From positions 1-31,513 of the forward strand of contig CAZPPO010000003.1 in NCBI GenBank assembly GCA_964588475.1: a DNA stretch of 31,513 bases, written 5' to 3'. Each line of letters opens with the position of its first letter. The stretch's first letter is position 1. The translations under genes and the position numbers were made by a program. Origin of the DNA: an uncultured Eubacteriales bacterium. Lineage in GTDB: Bacteria > Bacillota > Clostridia > Oscillospirales > Acutalibacteraceae. Positions 17,102 to 25,612 of the stretch are shown here, one piece after another. A model generated the notes under the pieces. That model made no database searches. It was given only the letters and a program-made list of their open reading frames with translations, and was not told where the DNA came from.

Positions 17102-18358
17102 ATGTCAGACAAATACCTCGGCGATATGTTCACAATAAGCCCGATGAAAAGAATTTTACTTTTAACTCTCTCTCTTTCTTTTCTTTTCTCGGTTACAGCA
17201 TTCGCCGTTGCCTCGCCCGTATACGATATTAAAATTATCGATGGTGATGAGGTCATAGTTGTTTCAACTTACAAAACTGAAACAGAAGAAATTCTTAAGC
17301 AAGCGGGACTATCTCTTTTTGAGGGAGACAAGGTTGAGGGCAGTACGTTTTCAACCGTACACGGAGGAACAATAATAATTAACCGGGGCGTCAAAGTGAC
17401 CGTAGTCTCGGCTGACGATGAAACAACGGTTATCAATATTTACGGTACGGTTGCAGATGCCTTAGAAAAGGCTTCGGTTGAATACACGCTTAAAAACTCA
17501 ATAAATTACCCTCTTAACAAAAAGGTATTTGAGGGGATGACCATTAAGGTTTGTAATAAATACTCTGTAACAGTCAAATGTGACGGCAAGGAAAAAACCG
17601 GAACAATTGCCGGCAAGACTGTTGAGGATGCGTGTAAGGCTCTGAAAATCGTATTGGGCAAGGATGATGTTACGATTCCCGATTTAAAGCAAAGACTTGT
17701 TGATAAAATGACAATTGAGGTTTTGAGAGTTGCCAAAAAAACTGTAACACAGACAGAAAAAATTTACTTTAACACAGTTACAAAGTATTCTTCCAGTATG
17801 TATGTCGGAGAAGCAAAGGTACAAACCTACGGGAAGAACGGTCAGAAAAATGTGACATATGAATACCGCTATATTAACCAAGAGCTATCCGAAAGGAAGG
17901 TTTTAAGCGAGGTTGTTACACGCAAGGCTGTGGATAAGGTAGTTCTTAAGGGAACGAAAAAAACCGCAAATGTTTCCTCAAGCTTCAACGTCAGGGCAAA
18001 AAGCGCAATCAGCGAGATGGCGGTTCCGTCATATGTTACCATAGGCTCAAACGGTCTTCCCGAGAATTATAAGAGAAGCATTAAAGCAAAGGCTACCGCT
18101 TACTGCATTCCCGGGGGAACAACCTCAACGGGCAAGCGTGCTCAGACGGGATATATAGCCGTTGACCCGAGAGAAATTCCATACGGTACCGAGATGTATA
18201 TCGTCTCAGCGGACGGAAAGTATGTATACGGATATTGCATAGCAGCCGATACAGGAGGCTTTATCTACAGTGTTGACTGGACCGTGGATTTGTATATGAA
18301 TTCCACTCGCGAATGTATAAACTGGGGCAGACGCGACATAGTTATTTATTTTCTGTAA
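17102..18358 (+). CDS. YabE/Sps-like cell-wall protein: signal peptide, DUF348-like repeats, G5 domain and 3D (MltA-like) domain
   Basis: G5-like segment GEAKVQTYGKNGQKNVTYEY...AVDKVVLKGTK. The 3D domain has its three Asp motifs (IAVDP, ADTGG, VDLYM). RBS GAGGAG lies 8 nt before the ATG. Confidence 0.88.
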   Translation: MSDKYLGDMFTISPMKRILLLTLSLSFLFSVTAFAVASPVYDIKIIDGDEVIVVSTYKTETEEILKQAGLSLFEGDKVEGSTFSTVHGGTIIINRGVKVTVVSADDETTVINIYGTVADALEKASVEYTLKNSINYPLNKKVFEGMTIKVCNKYSVTVKCDGKEKTGTIAGKTVEDACKALKIVLGKDDVTIPDLKQRLVDKMTIEVLRVAKKTVTQTEKIYFNTVTKYSSSMYVGEAKVQTYGKNGQKNVTYEYRYINQELSERKVLSEVVTRKAVDKVVLKGTKKTANVSSSFNVRAKSAISEMAVPSYVTIGSNGLPENYKRSIKAKATAYCIPGGTTSTGKRAQTGYIAVDPREIPYGTEMYIVSADGKYVYGYCIAADTGGFIYSVDWTVDLYMNSTRECINWGRRDIVIYFL

Positions 18359-18365
18359 AAAATAA

Positions 18366-18408
18366 AAATATACCGCGGGGACGGACTGTTCCTGCGGTAT
18401 TTATATTT
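18366..18408. terminator. Bidirectional terminator between the YabE-like gene and glycerate kinase
   Basis: ATACCGCGGGGAC (18370-18382) / GTTCCTGCGGTAT (18388-18400), with A-rich and T-rich flanks, between convergent genes. Confidence 0.75.
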
Positions 18409-18418
18409 CTGCTTACAG

Positions 18419-19528
18419 TCAGCCGAATATTTCCGCAGCTTTATTCTTTAAAAGCTCAAAAGCAAAGGTTATCGAATATTCTGCGGAGGCACCATTTGGT
18501 CTTGCCTTATATACCTGAGAAAATCCTGCATCATATAATAGGGAGCTTTCGCAGTCTATGTCACCGCTCAAAAGAATACAGGGCTTTTGGTAGCTTTTTG
18601 CCAGCCTCATAACCGATATCGGCAGCTTACCCAGTAGAGTGGAGGCATCCGTCTTGCCCTCTCCGGTTATTACAATATCACTTACTCTTATTTTTTCCTC
18701 AAGCTTCAAAAGTCCGGCTATCAACTCAAGTCCCGGGAGAAGAACGGCGCCGCAGCAAACGCACAGCATAGCTCCCAAGCCTCCCGCTGCCCCGCCCCCT
18801 TCAATATCGAACACAGGAACCATAAAAGTATCTTTAAGTATTTTCCCGTAATTTAACAAAGCTTCCTCTAACAAGAGTATATCCTTCTTATCGGCTCCCT
18901 TTTGCTTTGCAAAAACCTTTGTCGCTCCGTTTTTTCCGCAAAGAGTGGCTGTAACATCGCATGCCACCTTTATTTTAGCAGCATGAATTCTTTTATCAAA
19001 GCCTGACATATCGATTGTGTGCAGGCTCAAAAGGGCGGCCCCGCCCAAGGGAAGCTCTTTAAGGCTTTTATCAAGAAGCTTTGCGCCAAGAGCGCATAGC
19101 GCTCCTGCGCCGCCGTCGTTGGTTGCGCTGCCGCCGATACCTAATATTATCTTGCTAATTCCCCTTTGGAGCGCGTCCTTAATCAAAATCCCGCAGCCGT
19201 ATGTAGTCGTGATTTTCGGATTTAGCTCATCCTTCATTAAAAGCGTAATGCCTGATGCCGACGCCATTTCCATTATGGCAGTATCGCCTAAAATACAATA
19301 ACGTGCCTTTACGGGTCGCATTAAAGCATCAAAGGTATCTATTGCTATGGTTTCACAGCCATCAATACAGCTGACGGCATCCACGGTTCCCTCTCCGCCA
19401 TCGGCAAGAGGTAAAATATCAACATTAGCACTGGGATTTACCTTATAAATTCCTTCGCTGATTGCAATGCAAGCCTCTTTCGAGGACAAAGAGCCCTTAA
19501 AGGAATCAACCGCTACAAGAACTTTCAA
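18419..19528 (-). CDS. glxK: Glycerate kinase (GlxK/GarK family)
   Basis: DSFKGSL, PLADGGEGT, EMASASG, GIGGSATNDGG, GGGAAGGLG and ITGEG. The start is TTG 19528 after RBS GAGGTG; the ORF track used the GTG inside the RBS. Confidence 0.93.
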   Translation of the reverse strand: MKVLVAVDSFKGSLSSKEACIAISEGIYKVNPSANVDILPLADGGEGTVDAVSCIDGCETIAIDTFDALMRPVKARYCILGDTAIMEMASASGITLLMKDELNPKITTTYGCGILIKDALQRGISKIILGIGGSATNDGGAGALCALGAKLLDKSLKELPLGGAALLSLHTIDMSGFDKRIHAAKIKVACDVTATLCGKNGATKVFAKQKGADKKDILLLEEALLNYGKILKDTFMVPVFDIEGGGAAGGLGAMLCVCCGAVLLPGLELIAGLLKLEEKIRVSDIVITGEGKTDASTLLGKLPISVMRLAKSYQKPCILLSGDIDCESSLLYDAGFSQVYKARPNGASAEYSITFAFELLKNKAAEIFG

Positions 19529-19567
19529 ATCAAACACCTCAAAGAGAGTGGTTTACTGATTATTGCT

Positions 19568-19597
19568 ATTATACTATAGGAAGGCTTTGAAAATCAA
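19568..19597 (-). promoter_or_regulatory. Putative promoter of glxK
   Basis: Minus strand: TTGATT (19592-19597), 18 nt, TATAAT (19568-19573). Confidence 0.55.
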
Positions 19598-19625
19598 CAA
19601 CGGCAAGGGCGTTTGGAAAAATATC

Positions 19626-19655
19626 TTGACAATATAATCGGCTGTGATATATAAT
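19626..19655 (+). promoter_or_regulatory. Sigma-A promoter of the rpmH operon
   Basis: TTGACA (19626-19631), 18 nt, TATAAT (19650-19655). Confidence 0.75.
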
Positions 19656-19732
19656 AACCGAGCAACTGTGAAAATGCCATAGTAATGGTGTAAAGGGACA
19701 GTATATTATCCGTGAATGGAGACAAACACAAA

Positions 19733-19867
19733 ATGAAGAGGACATATCAGCCTAAAAATAGGCAAAGACAGAAGGTCCATGGCTTCCGCGCAAGAATGTT
19801 CGGCAGAAACGGAAGAAAAGTACTTGCCCGTCGCAGGGCCAAGGGAAGAAAAAGGCTCAGCTATTGA
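19733..19867 (+). CDS. rpmH: 50S ribosomal protein L34 (absent from the supplied ORF track)
   Basis: Hand translation gives [44 protein letters not shown] (44 aa). It is in the canonical position before rnpA. Confidence 0.98.
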   Translation: MKRTYQPKNRQRQKVHGFRARMFGRNGRKVLARRRAKGRKRLSY

Positions 19868-19916
19868 ATCAAAGAGAAGAAAAAGCCAATAATACCAAAC
19901 AACAGAGGACAATATT

Positions 19917-20264
19917 TTGGCCGAATTAATTACCTTAAAGCTCAATAGCGATTTTCGCCGAGTGTATTCACGGGGGAAATCGGTTGCCTCAAACGCGTTG
20001 GTGATTTATTACCTGAAAAATCGCACCGGCAAAGCTCGTGTTGGTATAACAACAAGCAGAAAAATCGGCAATGCGGTTGAGCGCAACAGGTCAAGGCGTG
20101 TAATCAAGGAGGGCTTTCGCAAGGTTATGCCGAAAATTAAGACGGGGTATGATTACGTTTTAGTAGCAAGAAGTAAGACTAAGCGTTTAAAAAGTACCGA
20201 TATATCATCTGCCTTGTTGTTGCTTTTAAGTAATGAGGGACTTATTTTGCCTGTTGAAGAATGA
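19917..20264 (+). CDS. rnpA: Ribonuclease P protein component
   Basis: RVGITTSRKIGNAVERNRSRR (RNR motif) and a TTG start after AGAGGA. Confidence 0.96.
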   Translation: MAELITLKLNSDFRRVYSRGKSVASNALVIYYLKNRTGKARVGITTSRKIGNAVERNRSRRVIKEGFRKVMPKIKTGYDYVLVARSKTKRLKSTDISSALLLLLSNEGLILPVEE

Positions 20265-20488
20265 AAAAGCTTTTATTAAAATCAATCAAGTTCTACATCG
20301 GACATATTTCACCTCTGTTTCCGCCGCGCTGCAGGTATTATCCAAGCTGTTCCGCATATGCTCTTGAGGCTGTGACAGTACACGGTTCAGTAAAAGGCTG
20401 TTGGCTTGCAATTAAGCGGCTTTCGAGGTGTAATATTTTTTTCCCGGGCGGAGTTGATCCGGTTCCACCAAAAAAAGATGTTAAATAA
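20261..20488 (+). CDS. yidD: Membrane protein insertion efficiency factor YidD
   Basis: CRYYPSCSAYA...HG...RLSRC...GGVDPVP, between rnpA and yidC. Confidence 0.95.
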   Translation: MKKLLLKSIKFYIGHISPLFPPRCRYYPSCSAYALEAVTVHGSVKGCWLAIKRLSRCNIFFPGGVDPVPPKKDVK

Positions 20489-20500
20489 AGGAGTTCTGTC

Positions 20501-21469
20501 ATGGTTTGGTTGAGAGAGGTACTTGCCGTACCTTTTGGGTATATTATGAGTTTGCTGTATTTATTTACGGGAAACTATCTTCTTTCAATAGTACTTTTGA
20601 CAGTTATAGTCAGAGTCGCTATGCTGCCTGTTTCTATCAAGCAACAGAAAAACACCTCTAAACAGGTCCGACTGCAGCCTAAAATAAAAAAAATACAGGA
20701 AAAATACAAAGGCGATCAACGCAAAATCGGAGAAGAGACGCAAGCGCTTTACAACAGGGAGGGCTTTAGTGTTACACAAGGCGGCTGCGTCCCTCTTTTA
20801 ATACAATTTCCGATTATGATAGGACTTTTCGGCGTTATTTATACACCGTTGTCAAACGTATTGAGGATAGCTAACGGGACTATGAGCGCACTTATAGGCG
20901 CCTTTAAGGAATATGCCGGAGTTCTTGATATTAAGGTTCAGGACAATACGATCGAAATCAAGCTTCTTGAGCATTTCGGGGATTTTATTGCAAGCAAGTC
21001 CGAGTCTGCCGTTGCGGCGGTTAAGATGATTTCGGAAGGGGATTTTGCAGCAATCAACAAACTCATTGACGGATTTCAGCTTTTTGGGATTCAGCTTTTT
21101 GAAACACCCGACGCAAAAAGCTTTGGGAAGCTATGGATATTTCCAATTCTTGCCGGAGTGACCTCCTTGCTTTCGGCAGGCTTTATGTATATCAAGCAAA
21201 GACAGCAAAACCCTGATATGGCAAAAAATCCGACCATGGGCTGTATGACTTTTTCATCACCTCTGATGTCTGTAGCCTTTGCCTTCATGTTTCCTGCAGG
21301 CGTGGGTTTTTATTGGATTGTATCTAACATAATTTCCTTTGTTCAAACCGTTGCCTTAAATTATATATACAGTCCCAAGAAGATAATAGCGCAAAATATG
21401 GTTGAAGAAACCATTGAGCGCAGGGCAAGGGAGAACAATATAAAAAAGCGAATCGAAATACAAAAATAG
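20501..21469 (+). CDS. yidC: Membrane protein insertase YidC/Oxa1
   Basis: KQQK...LQPKIKKIQEKYKGD, GCVPLLIQFPI and PAGVGFYWIVSN, in canonical synteny. Confidence 0.95.
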   Translation: MVWLREVLAVPFGYIMSLLYLFTGNYLLSIVLLTVIVRVAMLPVSIKQQKNTSKQVRLQPKIKKIQEKYKGDQRKIGEETQALYNREGFSVTQGGCVPLLIQFPIMIGLFGVIYTPLSNVLRIANGTMSALIGAFKEYAGVLDIKVQDNTIEIKLLEHFGDFIASKSESAVAAVKMISEGDFAAINKLIDGFQLFGIQLFETPDAKSFGKLWIFPILAGVTSLLSAGFMYIKQRQQNPDMAKNPTMGCMTFSSPLMSVAFAFMFPAGVGFYWIVSNIISFVQTVALNYIYSPKKIIAQNMVEETIERRARENNIKKRIEIQK

Positions 21470-21516
21470 TACGAAGTAATCCGCATTAATGCGGTACAAT
21501 ATAGGTGGTGAAATTA

Positions 21517-22473
21517 TTGATAAGGGAAGCAATAGGTACGGCGCCGACTCTTGACGAGGCAAGGAGCAAGGCCATTGCACAGCTTAACGCGCCTTTAGAC
21601 GCTGATGTTGTTGTTGAGGTGCTTGAACAGGCAACCAAAAAGACGTTAGGTCTTTTCGGGGGTTCACTTGCGAAGGTAAGAGCCTACTACGAGACGGCAC
21701 AGCAGCTAAATGAAGAGCCCGAACAAACGGCTTCGCAGGAAAACCCGAAAAGTAATGAAAAAACTAAGGAAAACCAAAAATCAAGGAAGCCCTTTAAGGC
21801 TGAAAAATCGGAAGAAAAAAAGGAAGCCTTTAAGAGGACAGCACCGGCAGAAGAGGTTGTTTCAAGTGAAAATGCCCCTGCAAAGTATTTAACAAGCATA
21901 CTATCGTGTATGGGTATTACCGGCATTTCAATTATCACAAGACAGACAGACGAGGATATTTTCATTGAAATCGTAAGTCAGGAGGATTACGGAAGTATAA
22001 TAGGCAGACGCGGAGAAACGCTTGATGCTCTTCAATATCTTGTTCGCCTTTCTGTCAGCAGAAATGAAAATGAGGGCAGGAGAATATCACTCAATATCGG
22101 CGATTACCGAGATAAAAGAGAGGTAACTCTTAAAGGGATTGCAAAAAGGCAGGCAGAGAAGGTGTTAAAATACGGGAGAAACGCCGTGCTTGACCCAATG
22201 AACCCATATGAGAGAAGGATTATTCATACCACTGTTCAAGATATTGAAGGAGTTTCGTCACATTCAATAGGAGAGGGAGAGGGCAGGAGAGTTGTAATAT
22301 CTCCTTCAGGCGGACGCTCAGGAGGTTATCGCAATAATGACAGGGGAGGAAATAATGGCAGACGGCGTGAAGGCAAACCCCAGTATAAGCCCCAGTCGCG
22401 CGAAACGAGAGAACCAAAGACAGATGTTACAGGTGAATTCAGCTACGGAAAAATAGAGCCTAAAACAAAATAG
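21517..22473 (+). CDS. jag: RNA-binding protein Jag/KhpB (EloR): Jag-N, KH and R3H domains
   Basis: IIGRRGETLDALQYL (KH) and PMNPYERRIIH (R3H). The start is TTG 21517 after AGGTGG; the ORF track gives GTG 21505. Confidence 0.95.
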   Translation: MIREAIGTAPTLDEARSKAIAQLNAPLDADVVVEVLEQATKKTLGLFGGSLAKVRAYYETAQQLNEEPEQTASQENPKSNEKTKENQKSRKPFKAEKSEEKKEAFKRTAPAEEVVSSENAPAKYLTSILSCMGITGISIITRQTDEDIFIEIVSQEDYGSIIGRRGETLDALQYLVRLSVSRNENEGRRISLNIGDYRDKREVTLKGIAKRQAEKVLKYGRNAVLDPMNPYERRIIHTTVQDIEGVSSHSIGEGEGRRVVISPSGGRSGGYRNNDRGGNNGRRREGKPQYKPQSRETREPKTDVTGEFSYGKIEPKTK

Positions 22474-22495
22474 TAAAATAAAAAATTAACAATTG

Positions 22496-22524
22496 TTGAC
22501 AAAAAGGCATCAGCGTAATATTAT
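22496..22524 (+). promoter_or_regulatory. Sigma-A promoter of the T-box leader
   Basis: TTGACA (22496-22501), 17 nt, TATTAT (22519-22524). Confidence 0.8.
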
Positions 22525-22530
22525 GTTAAT

Positions 22531-22793
22531 AATTAAACCTGTGAACGAGAGAAGTAGCTTATACTTTGTCTTCAGAGAGCCGCCTTTAGGTGTGATTGCG
22601 GCGTCAACTGTATAAAGCGAATGGACTCGAGAGGGCAGAGCGAAAGGAAAATCCGAGTAGTAGCTGACGGGAGCTTCATCCGTTATCAACGAAGAACGTA
22701 TGATAAGTACGTTAAACGAGTGGATGCCAACGGCATCAATTCGGGTGGTATCGCAGGTATTATTCCTGTCCCGTTAACGGGGCAGGTTTTTTT
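22531..22793 (+). promoter_or_regulatory. T-box riboswitch with Trp (UGG) specifier
   Basis: Stem I (GCTTATAC/GTATAAAGC), AG box CAGAGAGC (22573-22580), GGTGTGA (22589-22595), specifier loop GAA-TGG-AC (TGG 22622-22624), an AGTA box, CCGTTA, T-box AATTCGGGTGGTATCGC (22738-22754) and a downstream terminator. Confidence 0.95.
22765..22793 (+). terminator. T-box attenuator terminator
   Basis: CCTGTCCCG-TTAA-CGGGGCAGG followed by T7. Confidence 0.9.
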
Positions 22794-22823
22794 ATTTAAA
22801 TATTTATGAAGGGAAAGATTACA

Positions 22824-24194
22824 ATGAAGAATATTCCGTACCGCATTATTCTATCCGAACAGCAAATACCAAGACAATGGTACAACCTAAATGCTGACAT
22901 GAAAAGCAAAACGCCGCCTCTCATTAATCCCGGAACAAAAGAACCGGTAACTGTCCAAGATTTGTCTGCCATATTCTGCAAGGAGCTGTCAAAGCAGGAA
23001 ATCGATACCGAAAACGCATATATCGATATTCCGGACGGTATAATCGATTGGTATAAAACCTGCCGACCGTCACCTCTTGTAAGGGCATATGCGTTGGAAA
23101 AGGAGCTTGACACCCCCGCAAAAATATATTATAAGTTTGAGGGTAATAATACCTCCGGAAGTCACAAGCTCAATTCCGCGATTGCTCAGGCATATTATGC
23201 CAAAGCAGAGGGTATAACACATCTTACCACCGAAACAGGTGCTGGTCAGTGGGGTACTGCGTTAGCTATGGCATGCTCCTTTTTCGGAGTAGACCTTACC
23301 GTCTATATGGTAAGGGGAAGCTATTATCAAAAGCCGCAAAGAAAAACTGTTATGCAGGTTTTCAAGGCAAATGTTATACCCAGCCCGTCAAACCTTACAT
23401 CCTCGGGCAGGGCGATGCTTGAGAAGCTCGGAGAAAAGACCTCCGGTTCCCTCGGCTGCGCAATTACAGAAGCTGTCGAACACGCCGTAACCCATGAGAA
23501 TACGCGATATGTGCTCGGTTCGGTATTAAATCAGGTTTTGCTTCATCAATCAATAATAGGTCTTGAATCAAAAAAGGCAATGGAGCTTTACGATGAATAT
23601 CCGGACATAGTAATAGGTTGTGTAGGTGGCGGTTCAAGCTTCGGCGGTTTGATAGCTCCGTTTATGAGAGACAAAATCAATAAGACCCGTAATCCGTATT
23701 TCATTGCGGTTGAGCCTGCCTCTTGCCCGACTTTGACAAGAGGGAAATATGTTTATGATTTTTGTGATGTCGGAAGGACTACTCCTCTTGCCAAAATGTA
23801 TACCTTAGGAAGCGGCATTATTCCTTCCGCGGACCATGCGGGAGGACTGCGTTACCACGGTATGTCGCCTATTGTTAGCAAGCTTTATGATGATAAGCTG
23901 ATTGATGAGGCGAGAGCGGTAAAGCAGACGGGCGTCTTCGACGCGGCTGTAAGATTTGCACGTATAGAAGGCATCCTGCCTGCTCCGGAATCGTCACACG
24001 CCATTAAGGTTGCGATTGATGAAGCGGAAAAATGCCGCAAGACGGGCGAGAAAAAGACAATTCTTTTCTGCCTGACAGGAACCGGGTATTTTGATATGAG
24101 CGCGTACAGCAATTATTTAGAGAGCAATATGACAGACTATGTCCCGAAAAATGAAGAGCTGCAGGAGAGCTTTGACGAAATACCGAGAACTTGA
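22824..24194 (+). CDS. trpB: TrpB2-type tryptophan synthase beta chain (stand-alone, PLP-dependent)
   Basis: SGSHKLNSA (PLP lysine), TETGAGQWG, GGGSSFGG, HAGGLRYHG, PAPESSHA and LTGTGYFD. The N-terminal extension and length (about 456 aa) fit TrpB2 rather than TrpB1. The start ATG 22824 follows AAGGGA; the ORF track gives 22806. Confidence 0.93.
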   Translation: MKNIPYRIILSEQQIPRQWYNLNADMKSKTPPLINPGTKEPVTVQDLSAIFCKELSKQEIDTENAYIDIPDGIIDWYKTCRPSPLVRAYALEKELDTPAKIYYKFEGNNTSGSHKLNSAIAQAYYAKAEGITHLTTETGAGQWGTALAMACSFFGVDLTVYMVRGSYYQKPQRKTVMQVFKANVIPSPSNLTSSGRAMLEKLGEKTSGSLGCAITEAVEHAVTHENTRYVLGSVLNQVLLHQSIIGLESKKAMELYDEYPDIVIGCVGGGSSFGGLIAPFMRDKINKTRNPYFIAVEPASCPTLTRGKYVYDFCDVGRTTPLAKMYTLGSGIIPSADHAGGLRYHGMSPIVSKLYDDKLIDEARAVKQTGVFDAAVRFARIEGILPAPESSHAIKVAIDEAEKCRKTGEKKTILFCLTGTGYFDMSAYSNYLESNMTDYVPKNEELQESFDEIPRT

Positions 24195-24221
24195 AACAAA
24201 ATTATAACCAGAGGTGGAGAT

Positions 24222-24824
24222 TTGAAAAAAGCTATTACACTATATTTTAAGTTTTTCATTTCAGTGTTTTCTTTAAGTCTTTTTACTATTGGCGGCGGTT
24301 ATGTCATAGTACCGCTTATGCGAAAAAAGTATGTTGAAAAGCTAAAATGGATTAAAGAGGATGAAATGCTTGACTTGGTCGCTGTAGCCCAGTCTTCTCC
24401 TGGTGCTATGGCTGTAAACACCGCCGTTCTTGTTGGGTACCGAACCTGCGGAATTTTCGGCGCTGTTTTAGGTGCGATTGGCGCTGTTTCTCCGCCTCTG
24501 ATCATTATTTCACTTATTTATCTTGCATACGATGCCTTTAGCGGTGATAAAATTGTGCTGGCGGTTTTATCGGGAATCAGAATAGGCGTTGCAGCTGTAA
24601 TTATTGATGTAGTACTAAATATGACAAAAAGCGTGTTCAAAGAAAAAAGCATATTTTCAGCGGCAATACTGCTCGTTTCATTTGTATTCGTTTATTTCCT
24701 GAAAATAAATGTAATACTTGTGATTTTCGGCTGTGTAGTCATTGGTATAGCTGTTTCATTTAAAAGAGGGCGCTCCCCTAAACCCAAGTGCGGCAAAGGG
24801 TCAAAAGGGGGGAATTCAAAATGA
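24222..24824 (+). CDS. chrA: Short-chain chromate transporter (CHR family), N-type subunit
   Basis: FTIGGGYVI, AVAQSSPGAMAVN and several TM helices. TTG start after GAGGTGG. Confidence 0.9.
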   Translation: MKKAITLYFKFFISVFSLSLFTIGGGYVIVPLMRKKYVEKLKWIKEDEMLDLVAVAQSSPGAMAVNTAVLVGYRTCGIFGAVLGAIGAVSPPLIIISLIYLAYDAFSGDKIVLAVLSGIRIGVAAVIIDVVLNMTKSVFKEKSIFSAAILLVSFVFVYFLKINVILVIFGCVVIGIAVSFKRGRSPKPKCGKGSKGGNSK

Positions 24825-25390
24825 ATTTGATTACCCTTTTTTGGACCTTTCTTAAAATCGGTTTATTTACCATAGGCGGAGGATACGCCTCCTTGCCTCT
24901 CGTGCAGGATATTGTGGTCGAGGGTGGCTTAATAACGTATGATGAATTTGCTGATATGATAGCCATAGCCGAAATGACACCTGGTCCCATAGCGCTAAAT
25001 GTCGCTACATTCGTCGGGGCAAAGCTCGGCGGCTTTGCAGGCTCTGTGCTTGCTACGCTGGGTTTTATCACCTTACCGTTTCTAATTGTGATCTCTCTTG
25101 CTTTATTGTATTACAAATATAAAAATCTCAGGGTTATGGACAACATATTGAAGACCTTGCGTCCTTCGGTAACGGCGTTAATTGCGAGCGCGGGCACTTC
25201 AATAGTAACCTTTGCCGTAACAAGCGGGAAGGGCCTTATGATGACAATCGGTGCGGTTGATATGTTTGCGGTTGTAGGAATAGTTATTTTAGTAGCGGTT
25301 TTAAGAATAAAGAAACTGAAAGTCAGTCCCATTTTTATTATGCTTGCAGCGGGTGCTTGCGGCGGAGCGTACTATTATTTTGCATCATAA
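24821..25390 (+). CDS. chrA: Short-chain chromate transporter (CHR family), second subunit
   Basis: FTIGGGYASL and IAEMTPGPIALNVATFVG. ATG 24821 overlaps the preceding stop (ATGA); the ORF track gives 24788. Confidence 0.9.
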   Translation: MNLITLFWTFLKIGLFTIGGGYASLPLVQDIVVEGGLITYDEFADMIAIAEMTPGPIALNVATFVGAKLGGFAGSVLATLGFITLPFLIVISLALLYYKYKNLRVMDNILKTLRPSVTALIASAGTSIVTFAVTSGKGLMMTIGAVDMFAVVGIVILVAVLRIKKLKVSPIFIMLAAGACGGAYYYFAS

Positions 25391-25461
25391 TTTTCAAGGT
25401 CTTCCCTTATTACCAAGTTCCCACGGGAAGATACAAGACAGCTATTTATTTAAGATAACGC

Positions 25462-25490
25462 TTGACTAAATATGTTTTCAAAGCTATAAT
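25462..25490 (+). promoter_or_regulatory. Sigma-A promoter of rny
   Basis: TTGACT (25462-25467), 17 nt, TATAAT (25485-25490). Confidence 0.8.
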
Positions 25491-25522
25491 AAAAAAGATA
25501 ATGCAGGCATATTGTCTTTTTT
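25491..25522 (+). terminator. Weak AT-rich terminator-like hairpin overlapping the rny transcription start
   Basis: AAAAAAGATAAT (25491-25502) / ATTGTCTTTTTT (25511-25522) with an 8-nt loop. The stem has few G-C pairs. Confidence 0.4.
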
Positions 25523-25612
25523 GTTATCAATTGTATTGTATTTAATTTGGCGCTTGGTAGCCGTGATTTTTTACACTATGAAGTAAGTATAAAGAATTGG
25601 AGGACAGAGTTA

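Noticed and set aside
17008-17256. 82-aa minus-strand ORF over the YabE-like leader and signal peptide
   Set aside because: It is the antisense of a hydrophobic signal sequence, with no RBS or motif support.
21481-21494. Perfect 14-bp palindrome CCGCATTAATGCGG between yidC and jag
   Set aside because: As RNA it is only a 5-bp hairpin with no T tract. At most it is a stability element in a known operon.
22486-22499. Palindrome AACAATTGTT overlapping the -35 of the T-box promoter
   Set aside because: It is short, AT-rich and single-copy, so it is likely by chance without comparative support.
22621-22809. 62-aa ORF as a possible leader peptide
   Set aside because: It overlaps the T-box, starts on the specifier loop, has no Trp codons in frame and has no RBS. 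Regulation here is explained by the T-box.
25400-25431. TCTTCCC...GGGAAGA inverted repeat after the CHR pair as a terminator
   Set aside because: The 18-nt loop and absence of a following T run make it a poor intrinsic terminator.
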